Assembly: GCA_965203325.1 (NCBI GenBank)
Contig: OZ241875.1
Span: forward strand, 1,696,001-1,760,000
DNA: 64,000 bases
DNA from: a bacterium
Lineage (GTDB): Bacteria > UBA8248
Reading direction: 5' to 3'
Part shown: one piece after another, positions 58,226 through 64,000 of the stretch
How the letters are laid out: each line of letters opens with the position of its first letter
Position numbering within the stretch: the first letter of the stretch is position 1
Translations under genes and position numbers: made by a program
The notes under the pieces: model-generated
The model's database searches: none
Seen by the model: only the letters and a program-made list of their open reading frames with translations
What the model was told of the DNA's origin: nothing

Positions 58226-58903
58226 TTATGCGTTCCTGTTCGGGTCCTGTGCGTCGGGTTCGGGATACTCTTCCGGCCAGTGATCGACCATCGTCTTGTA
58301 GTAGGTCTTGACCTTCCCGCCGTCCAGATGGAGGGATTTCTTGATCTTGTCGACCTCGCGCTGTTCTTCGAGCGGGATGCCGAGCGAATCCATGTAGCGG
58401 TTGAAGAGGTTGAAGAGTCCGCTCACCATCGTGAGTTCGACGATCTCGGCTTCGGAGAAGTACTTTCGCACCTCCTCGAACACGTCGTCTCTCGAGCGCG
58501 CCGTGTTGAGCGTTACGTGCTCCGCCCACAGGATGGCCGCCTTCTCGCGCGGGGTGAACAAGTCCGATTCCATGTAGCCGTCGGTGCCGATGATATCCAC
58601 CTGCTCGGGGCTGATGCCGGCCGCTTGACCAAGCGACGTGTTATGGGCGTATCAGTAGGCGCACCCGTTGAGATGGCTCGTCTTGATGACCACCATCTCC
58701 TTGATCTTGGTCTTGAGCAGGCTGCCCCCGCCCTCGCGCTGGAGCGTCGCCACGAAGGGCAGCATGGCCTTGGCGACGTGGGGGGTCTTGGCCAGCACCC
58801 GCATCGAATGCGGCACGCGGCCGAGCATGGCGGTCGTTGCCTCGTAGAAGCGAGCCACGTCGGCATCCGCCTCCTCGGGCTGAATCATTTCAATTCTGGA
58901 CAT
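58226..58903 (-). CDS. AhpD/carboxymuconolactone-decarboxylase family selenoprotein (CxxU)
   Basis: The two track ORFs join in frame through TGA 58652-54: TSHLNGCAY-U-YAHNTSLGQAAGI; a SECIS-like hairpin follows. Confidence 0.85.
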
Positions 58904-59012
58904 ACTTGAACTCTCCTATCGCATACAACCTGAGAAATCATGAGAAAACCTTCATCATCGGCCATGCTCACCGCTCAGCGGCCCACAACCGAATCCGCAT
59001 AAAGTCCCCCTA

Positions 59013-59615
59013 TTATGAACCATCCGCCGCCTCACGGGCCAGCCACTCCCGGAATTCCGCGAGCGCGGTTCCCCGGTGGCTGATCCGGTTTTTCACCTCA
59101 AGCGGGAGTTCCGAGACGGCGCAGCCGTGCTCCGGCAGGTACATGAGCGGGTCGTAGCCGAAACCGCCCTCCCCTTGCGGGGCGCGCAATATCCGCCCGT
59201 ACAGGGCGCCTTCGAAAAAACCGAACCACCCATCCGGCTTCAGATAAGCCAGCACGCACACATAGCGCGCGCCGCGCGCCGCATCCGCAACCTCGCGCAT
59301 CCTGTCGAGCAAGAGCGCGTTTCGCCCCGAATCGTCGAGTCCTTCGCCGCCGAAGCGCGCGGAGCGAACGCCCAACTCGCCCGGCAGCGCATCCACCTCC
59401 ACACCCGAATCATCCGCCAAGGCGGGCAGGCCGCTCGCCTCGCATGCGGCCCGCGCCTTGATGAGCGCGTTTTCCGCGTAGGTGGAGCCCGTTTCCTCGA
59501 CATCGAACCGGAATCCCGCCTCATCGGGGCTGAGCAACTCGACATCCAGCCCTTCGAGGGCGGCGCGCACCTCGCGCGCCTTGCCGGGGTTTCCGCTCGC
59601 AAGGACGATCTTCAT
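59013..59615 (-). CDS. rdgB: dITP/XTP pyrophosphatase (RdgB/HAM1)
   Basis: ASGNPGK, ADDSG, GFGYDP and KNRISHRG motifs. Confidence 0.95.
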   Translation of the reverse strand: MKIVLASGNPGKAREVRAALEGLDVELLSPDEAGFRFDVEETGSTYAENALIKARAACEASGLPALADDSGVEVDALPGELGVRSARFGGEGLDDSGRNALLLDRMREVADAARGARYVCVLAYLKPDGWFGFFEGALYGRILRAPQGEGGFGYDPLMYLPEHGCAVSELPLEVKNRISHRGTALAEFREWLAREAADGS

Positions 59616-59620
59616 TTCGC

Positions 59621-60349
59621 TCAGGCGTATTTCGCCTGAATCTCCAGGAGTTCCCCGATGCCCTTTTCCGCCAGGGCGAGGAGACGGTTCAGATCGCTTT
59701 TGCGGAACGGGGTCTGCTCGGCCGTTCCCTGAAGCTCCACGAAGCGGCCCCCGCCGGTCATCACGACGTTCATGTCCACCTCGGCATTCGAGTCTTCCGA
59801 GTAGTCCAAATCCAGCATGGGAACGCTTTCGACCACGCCGACGCTCACGGCGGCCACCGCCTCCCGGATAGGGGACTCGGCGATGCGCTCCTCAGCAAGC
59901 AGGGCGTTCACCGCGCGCGCCAGGGCCACGTAGCCCCCTGTGATGGCGGCGCACCGCGTGCCGCCGTCGGCCTGAATCACGTCGCAGTCGATGTATATCG
60001 TCAGCCCCTCTATTTTCGAGAGGTCGACGACCGAACGCATCGAACGGCCAATGAGCCTTTGAATCTCCTGGCTGCGGCCCGCGCGCGCGCGTTTTCTGTC
60101 CACCCGCCAGGGAGAACTGCCCGGCAGCATGGCGTATTCCGCCGTCACCCACCCCTCGCCCGAATCGCGCTTGTGGGGCGGCACGCGCTCCTCGACCGAG
60201 GCGGCGCACAAGACCCGCGTGCCGCCCACGGAGATGAGGCAGCTTCCCGCGCAGGTGTTCACGTAATCGGGCTCGACACGGATTTTCCGGTTCTCATCGG
60301 GCAGCCTCCCGTCCGCGCGCACCATCTCGCCCATTCCTTTTCTCGCCAT
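59621..60349 (-). CDS. rph: Ribonuclease PH
   Basis: GWVTAEYAMLP, EIQRLIGRS, DCDVIQADGGTR and DLDYSEDS motifs. Confidence 0.96.
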   Translation of the reverse strand: MARKGMGEMVRADGRLPDENRKIRVEPDYVNTCAGSCLISVGGTRVLCAASVEERVPPHKRDSGEGWVTAEYAMLPGSSPWRVDRKRARAGRSQEIQRLIGRSMRSVVDLSKIEGLTIYIDCDVIQADGGTRCAAITGGYVALARAVNALLAEERIAESPIREAVAAVSVGVVESVPMLDLDYSEDSNAEVDMNVVMTGGGRFVELQGTAEQTPFRKSDLNRLLALAEKGIGELLEIQAKYA

Positions 60350-60431
60350 GCTCTCTCCCTATCGAATGCGAATGCCTTACAGACGCAGAGGATACTACGA
60401 AGATTTCACGCCCAAAGCCAGAGAGGAGGAC

Positions 60432-63400
60432 CTATGCGGCGGGGGCGGTGTATTTCGTCTCGCGAAGGCCCACGGCGCGCCTCAAGCTCCGCACGAAATT
60501 CTGGGCCGCGAGATAGATGCACGGCACGAGGAAAAGCGTGAACAGGGTAGAGAGCGAGAGACCACTCAGCACGACCAGGCCCAAGGGCTTGAGCATCTCC
60601 GAACCCTTCCCCCAGCCACTCGCCAGGGGCGTGAGCGCGATGATGGTGGTGAACGTGGTCATGAGAATCGGGCGCAACCTCGTAGAGGCCCCCTCGATGA
60701 CGGCTTCACGTATCTCCATCCCGCGTTCTCTCAGGCGTTCGACGTAGTCGATCATGACGATGGAGTTGTTCACCACGATGCCCACCAGCAGGATGACGCC
60801 GATGAGCACCGTCGAACCGAATGGCGTGCCGGTGAGGTAGAGACCAGCGAGCGCGCCGGTGAGCGCAGGCGGCACGGCGAAGATGATGACGAAAGGGTTC
60901 ACGAGCGAGTCGTACTGAACGGCCAGCACCGTATATACCAAGAACATGGCGAGAAGCGCCAGGATGAAGAGTTCGCGGTTTGACTTCTTGAGGTTCTCCT
61001 CATCCTCTCCCGGCAGGATGAAGTAGCCCCTCGGTACGTTGACGTCTTTCAAGCGCGCGCGCACGTCCGCTCCCACGTCACCCAGCGAGCGGCCCTGGAT
61101 GTCGCCCGTGATCTGGATGAGGCGGTTCTGATCCGTACGCGGTATGACCGAACTGCCCTGCCCGTAGCGAATGTGCGCCACGTGGTGCAAGCGGGTGGAG
61201 CGTCCGTTCTGGGGAAACAGGGGCAGTTGCGCCAGATCCTGCTCGCTTTTTATCTCGGTGTCCGAGAACTTGACCCGCACCGGCACGCGCGTATCCACCC
61301 GGTTGATGAACGTGGCGATGGAGCCGTCGACCGCCGTGGCCACGGTGTCGCCCACGTCCTCGACGGAGAGGCCGAGTTCCGCCGCGCGCTCCCTGTTCAC
61401 CTGTATTCGGAACTCGGGCCGGGGCCTGTCCTCGGTCATCTGCACGTTGTGAAGCCCCTCCACCCCCTGGAGCTTCTCGACGACTTCTTCGGCGATGCGG
61501 TTGAGCGTGGACAGCTCCTCACCACGGACGCCCAGGGAGAAGCTTTTGTTGTGCCGGGTGTTGGAGGTGCGAAGGCCCCGCACCCGGCTCTTGAAGGCGT
61601 AAATCCGCGCGTCCGGATACGTCATCCGCGCGAGCCGGGGCCTCAGTTTCCCCAGATAGTCGAACACGCTCACGCCGTCTTTGAGCGTCACGTCGATTCT
61701 CCCCCGGGAGGCGGAGGGTGAGAAATTCCGCCCGAAAAGACGCCCCCCCGCCGTAGCGAACACTTTATCTACGGCGGGGTCGCGCACGAGCATGTCGTGA
61801 ATCTCGCGCGTCACCTGTTTGGTGTATTCGAGGGTGCCGCCCGGTGAGAAGCGAATGTCCACCGAGATGCGCCCGTCGTCCACCTGGGGCAGGAGTTCGT
61901 TACCCAGTTTGCCGATGAGTGTGTAGCTACTCGCGCAGACGGCGAGAGCGAGAATGATGACCACCCAGCGGAGGGTGAGAACCGGCCTCAATAGAAAACG
62001 GTACAGCCGGTTGGCGAGGCCGACCAACCAGATGAATAGGCGGAAGAGCGGAAAGCGGCTGAAGCCGCTGCTCATGGGTATTTGCAGGAGCCGGGCGGAT
62101 AGCATGGCCACAACGGTGAGGCCGACCACTAGGCTGCATATGAACGCCAGCGTAATGGTGAGTATCAACTCGCGGAACAGTAGCGCCACGTAGCCCGATA
62201 CCAGCAGAAACGGCATCACGGCGGCCACGTTCGTGAGCGTGGAGGCCACCATGGCGCTCTCCACCTCGGAGGAGCCGCTCTCCGCCGCCTCCACGGGGTC
62301 GCCCCCTCCCGCCTGATGGCGCGAGATGTTCTCGAGCATGACGATGGCGTTGTCCACGAGCATCCCCACACCGAGCGCCACGCCGCCCAGGCTGAATATG
62401 TTGAAGGTGAAGCCGAGCACCCACATGAGGAAAAACGTGAATATGGAAGCAACCGGGATCGCCAAGCCGATAATAAACGTGCGCCTGAGGCTCCCCAGGA
62501 AGCAGAGCACCACCAGTATCGCCAGCGTGCCGCCCACCAGAGCAGAGGAGAGGACGTTCCTGATCGAGGCGCGTATGAAGAAACTCTGATCCGAAATCGG
62601 AACGAGGGTGACGTCGGGCGGGACGATTCCGTAACGCGTCAGGAAGGCGAGCCTGTCGCGCAACCCGTCCACGACGGAGACCGTGTTCGCGTCGGGCTGC
62701 TTCAGGGCCACCACCTTGACGCTCTCGTCGCCGTTCAGCCACACGAATATGCGCCGCTCCTTGCCGGCGTCCTGAACCTTCGCGAAATCGCGCAGATAGA
62801 CCCGGCGACCGTCCTTCGTGGGGAAGATCAGGCGCGAAAGCTCGCCCGCGCTCTTGAGCTTGCCCGCCGTCCGGCTTGAATACTCCCGGTGCGGGGTCTT
62901 CACTCTACCGGCGGCCAGGTCCATGTTCTCGGCGCGCATCCTTCGCAGGACGGCGGGCAGGTCGAGCCCCAGACCCTGCATCCTCGGCAGGTCGACCAGT
63001 ACTTGCACTTCCTCGTCCTGGCCGCCGAACGCCTCCACCGACGCGATGCCGGGGACTGTCATGAGCTGGGGGATGAGCACCTTCCGCGCCCAGGTCTGAA
63101 GCTGCGGTCCTTTGAGGGACTTAGAAGACAACGCGTATTCGATGATGGGCACCTGCGCCGGGTCGGACTTGAAGATGCGCGTGTTCTGTAGCTGATCCTG
63201 TATCTCTTGCGGCAGGTTTCTTCTGGCGACGTTGAACTTGGTGATGGCGTCCTGAAGCGCGAGATCGATGTCGCGGTCGAAGTCGAAGAACATCCACAGG
63301 CGCGCGGCGCCCTCGCGGCTGATCGAGAAGATGCGCACCACCCCTTGCGTGGTCGCGAGTTCGCGCTCCACCACCTTGGTGACCTGCTCCTCGACCACCT

Positions 63401-63566
63401 GGGGGTCGGCCCCCTCGAAATCGATGCCGATGAATATCCGGGGATAGACGATTCTGGGCAGAAAATCGACCGGCAGGCGCGTGAGCGCGAAAAAACCGAG
63501 CACCAGCGCGCACACCACGCCCATGATGGTTCCCACGGGCCTTCGGATGCAGCCTCGGCTCAGCAT
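60432..63566 (-). CDS. RND efflux permease (AcrB/AcrD/AcrF family)
   Basis: 1044 aa; GMLVDNAIVMLENI and RLRPILMTT motifs. Confidence 0.95.
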   Translation of the reverse strand: MLSRGCIRRPVGTIMGVVCALVLGFFALTRLPVDFLPRIVYPRIFIGIDFEGADPQVVEEQVTKVVERELATTQGVVRIFSISREGAARLWMFFDFDRDIDLALQDAITKFNVARRNLPQEIQDQLQNTRIFKSDPAQVPIIEYALSSKSLKGPQLQTWARKVLIPQLMTVPGIASVEAFGGQDEEVQVLVDLPRMQGLGLDLPAVLRRMRAENMDLAAGRVKTPHREYSSRTAGKLKSAGELSRLIFPTKDGRRVYLRDFAKVQDAGKERRIFVWLNGDESVKVVALKQPDANTVSVVDGLRDRLAFLTRYGIVPPDVTLVPISDQSFFIRASIRNVLSSALVGGTLAILVVLCFLGSLRRTFIIGLAIPVASIFTFFLMWVLGFTFNIFSLGGVALGVGMLVDNAIVMLENISRHQAGGGDPVEAAESGSSEVESAMVASTLTNVAAVMPFLLVSGYVALLFRELILTITLAFICSLVVGLTVVAMLSARLLQIPMSSGFSRFPLFRLFIWLVGLANRLYRFLLRPVLTLRWVVIILALAVCASSYTLIGKLGNELLPQVDDGRISVDIRFSPGGTLEYTKQVTREIHDMLVRDPAVDKVFATAGGRLFGRNFSPSASRGRIDVTLKDGVSVFDYLGKLRPRLARMTYPDARIYAFKSRVRGLRTSNTRHNKSFSLGVRGEELSTLNRIAEEVVEKLQGVEGLHNVQMTEDRPRPEFRIQVNRERAAELGLSVEDVGDTVATAVDGSIATFINRVDTRVPVRVKFSDTEIKSEQDLAQLPLFPQNGRSTRLHHVAHIRYGQGSSVIPRTDQNRLIQITGDIQGRSLGDVGADVRARLKDVNVPRGYFILPGEDEENLKKSNRELFILALLAMFLVYTVLAVQYDSLVNPFVIIFAVPPALTGALAGLYLTGTPFGSTVLIGVILLVGIVVNNSIVMIDYVERLRERGMEIREAVIEGASTRLRPILMTTFTTIIALTPLASGWGKGSEMLKPLGLVVLSGLSLSTLFTLFLVPCIYLAAQNFVRSLRRAVGLRETKYTAPAA

Positions 63567-63584
63567 GGGGCCACCCTTTTCCTT

Positions 63585-64000
63585 CTAAGGCCCGACGACC
63601 CGAATGGGCCGCCTGTCCCTTAACTGGCTGATGGCGCTCACCACCACCCGCTCGCCCACGCGCAGACCACCTAGAATCTCGATGCGGCCGTCGATCATTT
63701 CGCCGAGGCGCACTTCACGGCGCACCGCCATGAAGCGCGGGCCGCGGCCTCCCGTGGGGCCGCGCCTCATTCCACGTCCACTCGCCTCGGCCATTCCCCT
63801 CCTTGCTTCGCCTCTCATGCCGGGGCCTCTCCGCCCGGAGCCGCCTCCCCCGCCGCTTCTCTGCAACCTCCTCACGACGAAGACGGCGCCCGTTTTCGTG
63901 CGCAAATCTCCATCCCAGAGCACGGCGTGAACCGGCAGGTTGATCGCTTGTCTGCCCAGCAGGGGATCGAACTGAACACGGGCCAGAAGACCGGGCCTCA
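63585..64000 (-). CDS. RND periplasmic adaptor subunit, C-terminal part; starts beyond the window
   Basis: RPGLLARV...LPVHAV...RREVRLG..IEILGGLRVGERVV, with a Gly/Arg-rich insert. Confidence 0.85.
   Translation of the reverse strand, partial: RPGLLARVQFDPLLGRQAINLPVHAVLWDGDLRTKTGAVFVVRRLQRSGGGGGSGRRGPGMRGEARRGMAEASGRGMRRGPTGGRGPRFMAVRREVRLGEMIDGRIEILGGLRVGERVVVSAISQLRDRRPIRVVGP

Noticed and set aside
58226..58903. Two small genes or a nonsense pseudogene
   Set aside because: A single in-frame TGA at the redox-Cys position, a SECIS-like hairpin and selD favour selenocysteine.

Overview
This is a high-GC bacterial chromosomal window of mostly housekeeping and catabolic genes: greA, hydantoinase/oxoprolinase A+B, maf, ispB, thiI, msrA, selD, comM, LLM oxygenases, GGT, EmrAB, a liv-type ABC transporter, rph/rdgB and an RND pump, plus four tRNAs. 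The first ~27 kb has dense palindromic intergenic repeats (REP/MITE-like), an IS1182 and an IS256 that both sit inside one repeat family, and toxin-antitoxin genes. The last ~37 kb lacks these repeats. The main candidate novel system is at 17.27-19.81 kb. There, a ~200-bp segment is bounded by inverted tyrosine-recombinase-like sites (arm, 6-bp spacer, arm) and contains a near-consensus sigma70 promoter pointing away from a downstream TbpB/fHbp-like surface lipoprotein gene. This fits a putative invertible ON/OFF switch, and the gene is flanked by structured RNA-like leader and trailer sequences. Two genes broken in the ORF track read as selenoproteins with an in-frame UGA and a SECIS-like hairpin: SelD and a CxxU AhpD/CMD-family protein. 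There is also a 1427-bp tandem duplication of the comM tail plus an LLM gene. All product calls come from motif recognition by eye; no searches were run.
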